A stretch of DNA of 55,859 bases. It comes from Candidatus Zambryskibacteria bacterium RIFCSPLOWO2_02_FULL_39_26. Lineage in GTDB: Bacteria > Patescibacteriota > Minisyncoccia > Phycocordibacterales > DATDWN01. Where the stretch lies: positions 1-55,859 of the forward strand of contig MHWN01000005.1 in NCBI GenBank assembly GCA_001825395.1, read 5' to 3'. Each line of letters starts with the position of its first letter. Position 1 is the first letter of the stretch. Of the stretch, positions 10,030-19,849 are shown piece after piece. Below the pieces are notes generated by a model that had not been told where the DNA came from, ran no database searches, and saw only the letters and a program-made list of their open reading frames with translations. The position numbers were made by a program, and so were the translations under genes.

Positions 10030-11712
10030 ATGACGCTATCTCGAAAAGAACTTTTGATTTTTACAGTGATATTTTTGCTGTTTGTGGCGATACATATCCT
10101 CGCTATTCATTTCCCCTATCATCAGGATGAATATAAATGGGTGCTTTATTCTCATCCGGAAATTATCACTCCGGGAACTGTCCCTCATCCGCCACTAACT
10201 GAATTTATTTACACCAAAATTGGCCCGGTTTTTGGAGATATGAATTTTCGGTTCATACCGTTTATTTTTGGCATGTTGAATTTTTTCCTACTCTTTTATT
10301 TATCCAAAACTATTTTCAGTAAAAAGGTGGCCCTCTGGACGATTTTTCTCTTTACAATTTCTTTTTATTCACTTTTGGCAACGCTTATGGTTGATGTTGA
10401 CGGGGCGGTAATGCCGATGCTCTTTTTAATAATGTCTATTGGTTATTTTAAATGGAAAGAATCTCTTCCCAACAATGCCTCAAATTGGAAGTGGTTGGCT
10501 CTTATAATAATTGGTGCAATCGGAGGTTTTCTTATAAAAGTCAGTGCAATTTTGCCAATTATTACAATATTTCTAGATTTTTTGGTGGAAAAGCAGGTTT
10601 TCAGAGATAAAAAGAAAATTCTTAAATATTTGTTATATGCTGTTGGTGGCGGCACCATCTTGGTTTTCGTTCTTTTATTGGCCAAGTTTATTTTTCCTTT
10701 CTTCAATCTTTCTTATGCGCTTAAGTATTGGGAACATTTTGCTGTATTTGCCGGCAGGGGATGGATGCAGACATTCATACAGTTTTTCAAATCAATCCTT
10801 TATACCTCACCGCTTTTGATACTTCCGGCTTTCCTTGCCGGCAAGGAAATATTTAGAAAAACCAGAGTATTTTATCTTTTTATTTTTGTTGGAATTTTCT
10901 TTTATATTTTTGCTTTTGATTTTTCCATAGGCGCACTGGATAGATATTTTCAATTTTTAATCATACCGCTTTGCTTGATTTCCGGTGCAGTTTTTGCCGG
11001 AGCTTTTGAGAAGTTTTTTGAAAACATCAAAAAAAGCCATATTATTAGTCTTATTTTACTTATTGCTTTTCTTGTTCTAATCCAATTTATTCCACATACC
11101 GTGCCGTCTTTACACCCAAAAGCCGAATGGGTTGGAAGGATTTTATCTCTTAAATGGAATTTTCTCTATCCATTCACTGGAGGCTCCGGTCCTTTGGGTT
11201 TTTATGTTTCATTTCTTTTTATCGGTCTAGTCTGGATTATTTCTTCTATTTTTTTTCTGATTGCATGGTTTAAAATAAGTTTGAGAAATATTTTATTAAT
11301 ATCGATTTTCGCACTCGGTTTTTTATATAATGGCGTCTTTAGGGAGGAATATCTTTTTGGATGGATAAACGGTTCTGCTCCAAAGGTTTTGGCCGGCGCA
11401 GTGGAGTATATAAAAAACAACAATGATATAAAGTCTGTTACTGTGTATAACGATAATGGTGGGTATGATATTCAAAATATAGGCAAATATCACAAAAGGC
11501 TTTATACTGACCCAAAGTTTGGAGTTGAAGAAAAGATGGTAAACCTTAACTTATATAAAGAACATTATTTAGAAGTGAATATTCCAAGGATAGATCCTAA
11601 TAGTTTTTACAGACGATATCTAGATTCTTGCGAAGTTATTTATAAAAAGACTGACAAGAGTATTTCAGCCATAGTCTATAACTGTGAGTCAGCACCTGAT
11701 GTAAAACTATGA
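10030..11712 (+). CDS. GT-C (ArnT/PMT-like) membrane glycosyltransferase
   Basis: ATG at 10030; DE motif (HQDE), HPPL, many TM helices, RY motif. Confidence 0.75.
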   Translation: MTLSRKELLIFTVIFLLFVAIHILAIHFPYHQDEYKWVLYSHPEIITPGTVPHPPLTEFIYTKIGPVFGDMNFRFIPFIFGMLNFFLLFYLSKTIFSKKVALWTIFLFTISFYSLLATLMVDVDGAVMPMLFLIMSIGYFKWKESLPNNASNWKWLALIIIGAIGGFLIKVSAILPIITIFLDFLVEKQVFRDKKKILKYLLYAVGGGTILVFVLLLAKFIFPFFNLSYALKYWEHFAVFAGRGWMQTFIQFFKSILYTSPLLILPAFLAGKEIFRKTRVFYLFIFVGIFFYIFAFDFSIGALDRYFQFLIIPLCLISGAVFAGAFEKFFENIKKSHIISLILLIAFLVLIQFIPHTVPSLHPKAEWVGRILSLKWNFLYPFTGGSGPLGFYVSFLFIGLVWIISSIFFLIAWFKISLRNILLISIFALGFLYNGVFREEYLFGWINGSAPKVLAGAVEYIKNNNDIKSVTVYNDNGGYDIQNIGKYHKRLYTDPKFGVEEKMVNLNLYKEHYLEVNIPRIDPNSFYRRYLDSCEVIYKKTDKSISAIVYNCESAPDVKL

Positions 11713-13175
11713 TTCTGGAAAATCTTACAGCAAAAACAAAAAATATAATTCTTGTAGTAGTTTTTACTTTGGCTATTTTTCTAATAACATTTGACTTTAA
11801 AAACACTCCAAAAGTTTGGGTTGACGAAGGGGTGTTTACTGAAACAGCAAAAAACTTGGCGACTCACGGTGTACTCGGATTACAGACGTCGACTGGTGAG
11901 TTTTTCTCTATGAGGAATTTTCTGCTATCCACTAGTTACCCAGTAATTCTCCCTGTGGCATTAAGTTTCAAAATTTTGGGTACTGGTATTGTCCAAGCTA
12001 GGTTACCTATGATTTTATACATGTTCGCATTGGTAATGATTTTTTATTTATTTGCAAAAAAAAGATATAGTTTTTATCCGGCAATTTTGTCTGTGCTAAT
12101 GCTTCTATCATTCTCTCCTTTTTATGGAAATGGTCGGCCCGTACAGGGTGAAGTTCCTGGACTGGTCTTTTTGGTTTTAGGTGCTTTATTTTTGCTTTAT
12201 TTGGAGGAAAGCGGCTTTAATGATAAAAAATGGGCTGTACTTAGCGGTTTAGCTTTCGGTTTAGCTGCTTCCACTAAGCCAATTTTTCTTGTGCTAATCC
12301 CCTTAGCACTTGTAATAACTCTATTTTTTTGGATTAAAAAAATAGAGAATCGTAAAATTTTATTATTTCTTCTTACTGGATTAATAATTCCTATTCTTAT
12401 TTGGTGTTATATTCACATCTCAACAGCGGCATTGTTCATAACGTTCATTTCTAAAAGTTTTTTTCTCGCAAGTAATCATGATATGTCTTCTATTTCATTT
12501 ATTCAAAATATTCTTAATAATATTATAAGATTTTCAACAGAATCCACTCCGATACTGTTTATATTGATGTTTGGGATTGTTGCCCTAACTTTTTTAATTA
12601 AATTTAGAAATAAAATTAGTCAAACATTAAGTAGTTCAGAATTTATAATTTTCTCATTTATAATTTTAAACTGGATAACTTACTTAACTGGGACAGGGTG
12701 GTATCGTTATTTTTTTCCTGCGCATGTCTTGCTTTACTTATTATTCCCTGCTTATATTTTAGCTCTATCACAAATTATAAATAAAAGATTTTATAAAAAA
12801 GTACTAATTCTTATCCCAATAATGCTAATTATCTTTCAGTTTTATCATTTGATTTTTCTTTCCGATACGTCATTTGTAGTTGAAAGAACTAGGAATACTG
12901 ATTTAAAGATGGCTCTATCAGAGATTGACACTTCCCAAAAAATACTATTCTATAATACCATAGAGACTTCAATTTTTTTAAGAGGTGATAATTATTCACA
13001 ATATTTATCAATGGGTGATTTTTTGGAAGCTGGAAATAAAAATGTGACCAGCGATTCTAATTTTGACTACATTTTAACTAACAATCTTACGAATATTAAT
13101 TTTAATCAGTCTTGTTACATCTCAAATCCGGTTGATCAGTACACTCTTTTAAAAAAAATAAAAGATTGTAAATAA
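11709..13175 (+). CDS. GT-C (ArnT/PMT-like) membrane glycosyltransferase
   Basis: WVDEG, QARL, TKP, WYRYF; polytopic membrane protein. Confidence 0.8.
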   Translation: MILENLTAKTKNIILVVVFTLAIFLITFDFKNTPKVWVDEGVFTETAKNLATHGVLGLQTSTGEFFSMRNFLLSTSYPVILPVALSFKILGTGIVQARLPMILYMFALVMIFYLFAKKRYSFYPAILSVLMLLSFSPFYGNGRPVQGEVPGLVFLVLGALFLLYLEESGFNDKKWAVLSGLAFGLAASTKPIFLVLIPLALVITLFFWIKKIENRKILLFLLTGLIIPILIWCYIHISTAALFITFISKSFFLASNHDMSSISFIQNILNNIIRFSTESTPILFILMFGIVALTFLIKFRNKISQTLSSSEFIIFSFIILNWITYLTGTGWYRYFFPAHVLLYLLFPAYILALSQIINKRFYKKVLILIPIMLIIFQFYHLIFLSDTSFVVERTRNTDLKMALSEIDTSQKILFYNTIETSIFLRGDNYSQYLSMGDFLEAGNKNVTSDSNFDYILTNNLTNINFNQSCYISNPVDQYTLLKKIKDCK

Positions 13176-13178
13176 TTT

Positions 13179-13886
13179 ATGAAAAACGTAATTATTATTC
13201 CCACTTATAATGAAAGGGAAAATATTAAAATTTTAGTACCTATTATTTTTAATATTATTCCCGACATCTCAATTCTTGTAGTAGATGATAACTCACCAGA
13301 TGGTACATCTACAGTTGTTAAGGAAATGCAAACACATTATACAAGACTCTCTCTCCTTTCCAGATCAAATAAAAACGGATTGGGTCCGGCTTACATAAAT
13401 GCATTTAAGGAAGTAATAAAAGATCCAGAAGTAAAAAGTGTAATAATGATGGATGCAGATCTTTCTCATGACCCGAAATCTCTTAACGAAATGATACAGA
13501 AAAGTGATAAATTTAGTGTGATAATTGGTTCACGTTATATACAAGGAGGAAATACAATTGGGTGGGAGTATTGGCGTCGAGCACTAAGTTTCTGGGGCAA
13601 TCTTTATTGCAGAATGATAACCCGAATGCCCATACACGATTGCACTGGTGGTTTCAATGTAATATCTGCCAAACTCTTGCGAAAAATTGATTTTTCAAAA
13701 ATGGATATGGGGGGCTATGCTTTTATTATGCAACTTAAGTATTTTTTATATAAAGAAGGTGGCACTTTCTTTGAAGTTCCAATTACCTTTGTAAATCGCA
13801 CTGGAGGTGAGTCAAAAATTTCTAGCCATATAATCAATGAGGGTATTCTTGCGCCATGGGAAATGATCATGAGAAGATATAAATGA
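13179..13886 (+). CDS. Polyprenol monophosphomannose synthase-like GT2
   Basis: PTYNERENI, VDDNSPDGT, MDADLSHDP, GSRY, DCTGGF. Confidence 0.9.
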   Translation: MKNVIIIPTYNERENIKILVPIIFNIIPDISILVVDDNSPDGTSTVVKEMQTHYTRLSLLSRSNKNGLGPAYINAFKEVIKDPEVKSVIMMDADLSHDPKSLNEMIQKSDKFSVIIGSRYIQGGNTIGWEYWRRALSFWGNLYCRMITRMPIHDCTGGFNVISAKLLRKIDFSKMDMGGYAFIMQLKYFLYKEGGTFFEVPITFVNRTGGESKISSHIINEGILAPWEMIMRRYK

Positions 13887-13939
13887 TTTTTGACAGATGT
13901 TTATTAAAATGGTAAGGTCGCCTATATTGTTGTAAGGAA

Positions 13940-15103
13940 ATGATAAAACTAATCAAGTCAACTTTTTATAATGAAAAACTGACAAAGAAACAGCTTTGCG
14001 ATTTTATTCTAAAGACGGAACAGCTTTCTATTGGTAAGCATTGCGCTCAATTTGAAAAAGACTTTTCTAAATGGCAGGGCAGGAAATTTGGATTGATGTT
14101 CAACAGTGGAAGCTCTGCTAACCTCGCTCTTATACAGGTTTTGATAAATCTTAAGAAAATAAAAGCAGGGGACTGTGTTGGTTTTTCTGCTGTGACTTGG
14201 GCTACAAATGTTATGCCTCTTATCACCATGAATTTGAAGCCGGTGCCGATTGACATAGAATTAGAGACTTTAAATATTTCTTCTAAAAAAGTAGAAGAAT
14301 CTTATAAAAAACATAAGTTTCAGTGCTTATTTATAACAAATCTACTGGGTTATTGTAGTGATTTGGATAAGATAAGAAATTTTTGCAACAATAATAAAAT
14401 TCTTTTGATAGAGGATAATTGTGAATCTCTGGGTTCTGTTTACAAAGGGACCAAACTTGGTAATTTTAGTTTTGCTTCAACATTTTCTTTTTATGTTGGG
14501 CATCATTTATCTACCATAGAAGGTGGTATGGTTTGTACTAATGATAGAGAGATTGACACAATGCTTCGGATTGTCCGTTCTCACGGCTGGGATCGTCATC
14601 TTACACCCTTTGAACAAAAAAAATTTAGGAAGAAATATAAAGTGGATGAGTTTTATGGTAAATACACTTTTTATGACATCGGTTACAACTTTAGACCGAC
14701 CGAGATACAGGGATTTCTTGGCTCGAACCAGTTAAAATATTTGAATACAATGGTGAACAAACGGGAGAGTAATTATAAACAATTTGAGAAAATCTATTCC
14801 AATCCAGATTTTGTGAAGATGAACACAAAAGGTTTGACAAAAATCTCAAATTTTGCCCTTCCTCTAATTTGTAAAGATAAATCTACCAGAGATAAGTATA
14901 TAAAGAAAGCAGAGAAAGTAGGTATTGAGACTAGACCGATAGTTGCCGGTAATATAAACAACCAAGCTTTTTTCTCGAAATATGTTAATAAAAAGTTTTC
15001 TTTGAAAAATGCTGAAAGAATTCACCACACCGGGTTTTATTTTGGTAATAACCCAGATATGACCGAAAAGGAAGTCAGATTTTTAGTAAAAACTTTCCAA
15101 TGA
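13940..15103 (+). CDS. ColD-like GDP-4-keto-6-deoxy-D-mannose 3-dehydratase (DegT/DnrJ fold, His at the Schiff-base position)
   Basis: NSGSSANL, EDNCESLG, SFYVGHHLSTIEGG, RSHGW, ETRPIVAGN; next to gmd and fcl. Confidence 0.75.
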   Translation: MIKLIKSTFYNEKLTKKQLCDFILKTEQLSIGKHCAQFEKDFSKWQGRKFGLMFNSGSSANLALIQVLINLKKIKAGDCVGFSAVTWATNVMPLITMNLKPVPIDIELETLNISSKKVEESYKKHKFQCLFITNLLGYCSDLDKIRNFCNNNKILLIEDNCESLGSVYKGTKLGNFSFASTFSFYVGHHLSTIEGGMVCTNDREIDTMLRIVRSHGWDRHLTPFEQKKFRKKYKVDEFYGKYTFYDIGYNFRPTEIQGFLGSNQLKYLNTMVNKRESNYKQFEKIYSNPDFVKMNTKGLTKISNFALPLICKDKSTRDKYIKKAEKVGIETRPIVAGNINNQAFFSKYVNKKFSLKNAERIHHTGFYFGNNPDMTEKEVRFLVKTFQ

Positions 15104-15530
15104 AATTAACAGAAAAAGATTTTAGAGAAATATATGAGAAAGTTCCAAGACTTTGTGTTGATATTATTATCAAAAGCGAAGATGGGATTTTGTTACCCTT
15201 GCGTTCAATTGAGCCATATGAAGGGAAGTGGCATATTCCTGGGGGACAGTATATAAAGGAGAAAGACTAGAAGAAGCGACAAGAAGGATTGTAAAAAAAG
15301 AGACTGGCCTTGAGGTAGATTTAATTAAACATGTTGGTTATATTGAATATTTGAATGAAAAAAGATTTGGTAGAGATACTCATTCAATTAGTCTAATATT
15401 TGAGGCTGTCCCTAAAGGAGGAGAGCTTAATCATGATAATAACGCAACGGAATTGAAATATTTTAAAGAATTACCAAACGACCTTATTGAAGAACAAAGA
15501 GAATTTATTAAGACACTAAATTTTTCCTAA
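15100..15530 (+). pseudogene. Nudix hydrolase (GDP-mannose mannosyl hydrolase-like), frameshifted in a G5 run at 15241-15245
   Basis: Frame from ATG 15100 reads MKLTEKDFREIYEKVPRLCVDIII...WHIPGG then stops; the Nudix box continues in another frame (GTVYKGERLEEATRRIVKKETGL). Confidence 0.85.
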
Positions 15531-16498
15531 TCTTTTGGGCGATTTTTGATAAACCAATCAATAGTTTTTTTAAGTCCTGTTTTAAAATCTACTTTTGAAA
15601 CAAAACCAAATTCCTTCTTAGCTTTTGAGACATCGAGTTTTCTACGAAGCTGACCGTCGGGCTTGGTGGTGTCCCAAACAATTTTACCCTTATAATTAAC
15701 AATTTTGGTGATAAGTTTAACTAAATCTTTTATTTTTATTTCAAAACCACTACCAATATTTATTGGATTTACATTACTGTATTTCATTGTGGCGAGAACG
15801 ATGGCTCGAGCCGCATCATCTACATACAAAAATTCTCGTCTAGCGCGACCTGTGCCCCACACTACAACTTCAGGTTTATTCTTCTCTTTCGTCTCAATGA
15901 ATTTTCGTACTAGTGCGATGAGAACATGAGAGTTGGCTGGATCAGAATGGTCTCTAGGACCGTACAGATTAACTAAGATTGGATTAATACCATTGAAACC
16001 GTATTGTTCTTTGTAAGCTTGAAGTTGAACCAAAAGTATTTTTTTTGCCAAACCGTACGGGGCGTTTGTTTCTTCTGGATAGCCTAACCACAAATCCTCT
16101 TCTTTAAACGGAATTCTTGGTGGAACTTTTGGATAAGAGCAGACGGAGCCAATCTGAACAAACTTTTTTACTCCTGCTTTACGAGCTTCTTCTATAAGAT
16201 TTATCCCTATTGAGGCATTATTATAAAAAGCAGTTCCTGGAAATTTTTTATTGAAACCTATACCGCCGACAGTAGCTGCTAGGTTTATAACAATGCCCAT
16301 TCCTTTCACTGCTTTTGCACAGTTTTTTGCAATTCTCAAATCTAAGTTTTTGCTCCTTGGTCGAAAAATATTTTTTTCCTTGGCTCCATTACGAATGAGC
16401 TCATTAAATACAGGTTGTCCTAAAAAACCGTATCCTCCTGTTAGTAATATTTTTTTATTTTTTAAGTCCAAATCAATTTTGCTCTTTTTCATGATCAT
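15527..16498 (-). CDS. fcl: GDP-L-fucose synthase / ColC-like epimerase-reductase
   Basis: [50 protein letters not shown]. Confidence 0.85.
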   Translation of the reverse strand: MIMKKSKIDLDLKNKKILLTGGYGFLGQPVFNELIRNGAKEKNIFRPRSKNLDLRIAKNCAKAVKGMGIVINLAATVGGIGFNKKFPGTAFYNNASIGINLIEEARKAGVKKFVQIGSVCSYPKVPPRIPFKEEDLWLGYPEETNAPYGLAKKILLVQLQAYKEQYGFNGINPILVNLYGPRDHSDPANSHVLIALVRKFIETKEKNKPEVVVWGTGRARREFLYVDDAARAIVLATMKYSNVNPINIGSGFEIKIKDLVKLITKIVNYKGKIVWDTTKPDGQLRRKLDVSKAKKEFGFVSKVDFKTGLKKTIDWFIKNRPKD

Positions 16499-17550
16499 GT
16501 CTTGAGATTTACTTTTCTTCTCTCTTCTTTGAGGTCATACTCAACCATTATTTTCACCAACTCTTTAAACTTAACCTTTGGTTTCCAGCCTAATTTTTTC
16601 CTGGCTTTACTATAGTCGCCCATAAGAACATCCACTTCCGCTGGTCTGAAATATACCGGGTCAATCTCAATTATTACTTTACCTGTTTTCTTATCAACAC
16701 CTTTCTCTTTCACTCCTTTTCCTTTCCATTGTATATTCATACCTAGTATTTTCGCAGCTTCTTCGACAAATTCTCTGACAGCATGAGTTTCATTTGTTGC
16801 CAAGACATAATCATCAGGTTTTTTAGCTTGAAGCATGCGCCACATACCTTCTACATAGTCTTTTGCATACCCCCAATCTCTTTTAGCTTCCAGATTCCCT
16901 AAGTATAATTTTTTGTCAATACCAAGTTTTATTCGAGACAGACCCCTCGTGATTTTTCTCGTGACAAATGTTTCTCCGCGACGAGGAGATTCATGATTGA
17001 AAAGTATTCCGTTCACCGCAAACAAACCATAACTTTCTCTATAATTTTTGGTAATCCAATAAGCATAGACTTTTGCCACTCCATAAGGTGAACGTGGGTG
17101 AAACGGGCTAGTTTCTTTTAGAGAGGTTTCTTTTGTTTTTCCAAACATCTCGCTTGATGAAGCCTGATAAAATTTTGTTTTATTTAAACCAACTTCTCGC
17201 ATCGCGTCAAGAATTCTAAGTGTTCCTAGCCCAGTAACGTCTCCAGTGTATTCTGGCATATCAAAACTTACACGCACATGGCTTTGAGCGCCTAGATGAT
17301 AAATCTCATCTGGCCTCACTTTTTGGAGTATTCGGTTTATATTACTTCCGTCCGATAGATCTCCATAATAGAAATGGAGGTTATTGTCTTTTTTAATATG
17401 TGGATCCTTGAGTATATGGTCTACTCTCTTGGTGTTAAGAGAGCTTGAACGACGAATAATACCGTGCACTTCATAGCCCTTTTCCAAAAGTAGTTCAGCT
17501 AAATATGACCCGTCTTGGCCAGTGATACCAGTTATTAGGGCTTTTTTCAT
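16495..17550 (-). CDS. gmd: GDP-mannose 4,6-dehydratase
   Basis: [54 protein letters not shown]. Confidence 0.97.
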   Translation of the reverse strand: MKKALITGITGQDGSYLAELLLEKGYEVHGIIRRSSSLNTKRVDHILKDPHIKKDNNLHFYYGDLSDGSNINRILQKVRPDEIYHLGAQSHVRVSFDMPEYTGDVTGLGTLRILDAMREVGLNKTKFYQASSSEMFGKTKETSLKETSPFHPRSPYGVAKVYAYWITKNYRESYGLFAVNGILFNHESPRRGETFVTRKITRGLSRIKLGIDKKLYLGNLEAKRDWGYAKDYVEGMWRMLQAKKPDDYVLATNETHAVREFVEEAAKILGMNIQWKGKGVKEKGVDKKTGKVIIEIDPVYFRPAEVDVLMGDYSKARKKLGWKPKVKFKELVKIMVEYDLKEERRKVNLKT

Positions 17551-17649
17551 AAGAACACCATAGCAGATTAACGAATGTTTTTCTAGTGTTTATAAGTAAT
17601 ACTAGGTTTAGGTTTTCGCAATTTTTTGTTATAGTTTAACTATAATTCC

Positions 17650-19065
17650 ATGTTATTAATTATAAAGTTGAAGCAGGAGATACATCAGTTTTCTAAATGG
17701 TTTAAAGTTTTATTTTTTGTAATGATTGCAATCTATATATTACTTTGGCTTTTTACCATATATCTTTCTCGTGTACAAATTGAGAGGGGAATTGAACCTG
17801 TTTTACCCGGGGCTTCAAAAGATAGTATAGAGTACATTGCTCTTTCGGAGTCTTTAATTAATAACAGTGGATTAAATTTTAACGGAAGGGTAGAAACATT
17901 AAGATTGCCGGGCTACCCTTTGTTTGCTGCCTCTATTAAAACTATAGCAGGGTCTTATTTCGCTGTAACTTTAGTTCAAATAATACTTGTTTTCGCTTCG
18001 GCTATTATCATTCGCAGAATCGGCATTTTCTTTTCTTCAAAAAATGTGGGGGAAATTGCTGCGACTTTATTTATAATAAACCCAGTAACCGCCACATTGT
18101 CCCTTTTTGTTCTGACAGACGTTCTTTTCCTTTTTTTGTTTATAATCGGGTTTTATTTGGCGATAAAGATAAACAACCAGAAAATTTTCTGGAGGATTTT
18201 TTTGGTTTCCGTATTTTTTATCTTGGCAATTTATGTAAGAGGAATGGGAATTTTCGCTTTGCCGATTTTCATTGTCCCGTTATTAGTAGCTAGAGTTCCT
18301 TTTAAACAACAATTACGTCTGATTGGCATTATTTTGCTTTTTATTGCTATTTCGGTTACGCCGTGGATTATTAGAAATTATGTCAAAGTTGGAGTTGCTA
18401 GTTTCAATTCATTCGAGTCGGTCAATATGTCCTGGTCTATTCCAAAGTTTTTAGCTGTTATAAACGGAACGAACGAAGGTGATGAAATTATAGCTTTTCA
18501 AAAAGCTACGGGCGTTCCTGATTCTGCTTGGCAAGATTTGTCCTGGCACGATATCCGATATTCAAAACAAATAAGCGCTATTGGGCGAAAGGCGATTCTG
18601 GATCATCCTTTTTCCTATCTCGAGTTTCACCTAATCACTTCTACTCCTTTTCTTTTTCCATCATCAATCCTTTTCGCCCGAGACGCTTATGATTCGGTCA
18701 TTCAAAATGAAAGACCTTTTGTTTACGGATCTATCAATTCCTTAACCACCGGTGATTGGAAGGGATTTTTCCAAGGTATTTTGAAAGACTGGTGGAAGTT
18801 GGCCGAGAGGATAGGCTGGCTCATAGCCCTTATTATCGCTTTTTATGGCATTTGGAGGGACAGGCGGAACCATTTAGTTTGGGTCTTTGTCTTCATTGTA
18901 GGGTACTTAATGCTTCTTTCCGGGCCTGCCGCCGGTCCGCGACTTTCTTTTCAAGCCTGGCCATTTATATTCATCCTTTTTGCTTCAGGGGGAGTGAGTA
19001 TAATTAAAAAATTAAAAATTCAAATTCAACAGTCGAAAATACAAGTTAAAAGTAAAAATTTATAA
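17650..19065 (+). CDS. GT-C-type membrane glycosyltransferase
   Basis: DSIEY, RLPGYPLF, LTD, PWIIRNY; polytopic membrane protein. Confidence 0.75.
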   Translation: MLLIIKLKQEIHQFSKWFKVLFFVMIAIYILLWLFTIYLSRVQIERGIEPVLPGASKDSIEYIALSESLINNSGLNFNGRVETLRLPGYPLFAASIKTIAGSYFAVTLVQIILVFASAIIIRRIGIFFSSKNVGEIAATLFIINPVTATLSLFVLTDVLFLFLFIIGFYLAIKINNQKIFWRIFLVSVFFILAIYVRGMGIFALPIFIVPLLVARVPFKQQLRLIGIILLFIAISVTPWIIRNYVKVGVASFNSFESVNMSWSIPKFLAVINGTNEGDEIIAFQKATGVPDSAWQDLSWHDIRYSKQISAIGRKAILDHPFSYLEFHLITSTPFLFPSSILFARDAYDSVIQNERPFVYGSINSLTTGDWKGFFQGILKDWWKLAERIGWLIALIIAFYGIWRDRRNHLVWVFVFIVGYLMLLSGPAAGPRLSFQAWPFIFILFASGGVSIIKKLKIQIQQSKIQVKSKNL

Positions 19066-19102
19066 AAATATTAAACACCGAGTGTTTAATATTTTTATAA
19101 AT
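19058..19102. repeat. REP-like palindrome, copy 1 (21-bp arms, CGA loop)
   Basis: ATTTATAAAAATATTAAACAC-CGA-GTGTTTAATATTTTTATAAAT. Confidence 0.95.
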
Positions 19103-19772
19103 CTGCAAGGTAAGAATTATCCAAATTCTCCTTTAGTTCTTTCGCCGTACTGGATTTTACAAAATTATCATATTCTTCCTTGTTTGAAAATTGACCAAGA
19201 ATTATATCTTGAACGAGTAACACACCCCATCGATTATTTGTGACATAATCTTGATAACTTGACCACGGATAGAGATGTTCTTTGCCTTTCCATTTTGAAA
19301 TTTCTCTGGGATTTCGGTGTATATATGTAGAAAGGTATAATAATTGATTGTTATTTTTTATATGAATTGCTTTGTATGGACCTTGAAATAAATGTCCAGA
19401 TTTTTTATGTTTTGTGTTGAAATATTTTGTATATGCATTAAGAACTCTTTGCATATAATTTGATATTCCATTTTCCTCGATTTCTTTAATAGTAATATGA
19501 AAATGATTTGGTTCTAGGGTGAAAACGATAAGCTCCACGCTTCTGTTTCTTATCATTTTTTCCAGCATTTTTCCAGAAATATTAAACACCGAGTGTCTAA
19601 TAAAGTAGGTGATAAAAGAACCAATATTATATATTGAAATGTTCGACTGAAAGTAAATTAATAAAAATAAAAATCTTGCGTAGTCTCTGTTGTCTAAAAA
19701 TATTAATTGTTTATTGTTTCCTCTATTAAGTACATGGTAGTACTCTTCCGGGACTATTTTGATTCTTCTCAT
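19095..19772 (-). CDS. Y1 HUH transposase, REP-associated (RAYT/TnpA-REP-like)
   Basis: YYHVLNRGNNKQLIF, HUH motif PNHFH, YTKYFN, GHLFQGPY, catalytic YIHRNP, YPWSSY. Confidence 0.92.
   Translation of the reverse strand: MRRIKIVPEEYYHVLNRGNNKQLIFLDNRDYARFLFLLIYFQSNISIYNIGSFITYFIRHSVFNISGKMLEKMIRNRSVELIVFTLEPNHFHITIKEIEENGISNYMQRVLNAYTKYFNTKHKKSGHLFQGPYKAIHIKNNNQLLYLSTYIHRNPREISKWKGKEHLYPWSSYQDYVTNNRWGVLLVQDIILGQFSNKEEYDNFVKSSTAKELKENLDNSYLADL
19580..19602. repeat. REP-like palindrome, copy 2, inside the transposase CDS
   Basis: TATTAAACAC-CGA-GTGTCTAATA; encodes IRHSVFN on the minus strand. Confidence 0.9.
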
Positions 19773-19780
19773 ATCTTGAT

Positions 19781-19817
19781 CATAATATATTAGACACCGA
19801 GTGTCTAATATATTATG
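19781..19817. repeat. REP-like palindrome, copy 3 (17-bp arms, CGA loop), overlapping the putative promoter
   Basis: CATAATATATTAGACAC-CGA-GTGTCTAATATATTATG. Confidence 0.95.
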
Positions 19818-19849
19818 TACTTTCTCTTTTTGCTACTGTGGTTTAATAC

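Larger units (their letters stand above)
19058..19817 (-). mobile_element. REPtron-like unit: RAYT gene with flanking and internal palindromes
   Basis: Three copies of TATTARACAC-CGA-GTGTYTAATA in the same orientation. Confidence 0.75.

Noticed and set aside
15228..15530. 100-aa ORF from GTG 15228 as a complete gene
   Set aside because: It is the downstream half of the frameshifted Nudix gene starting at 15100.
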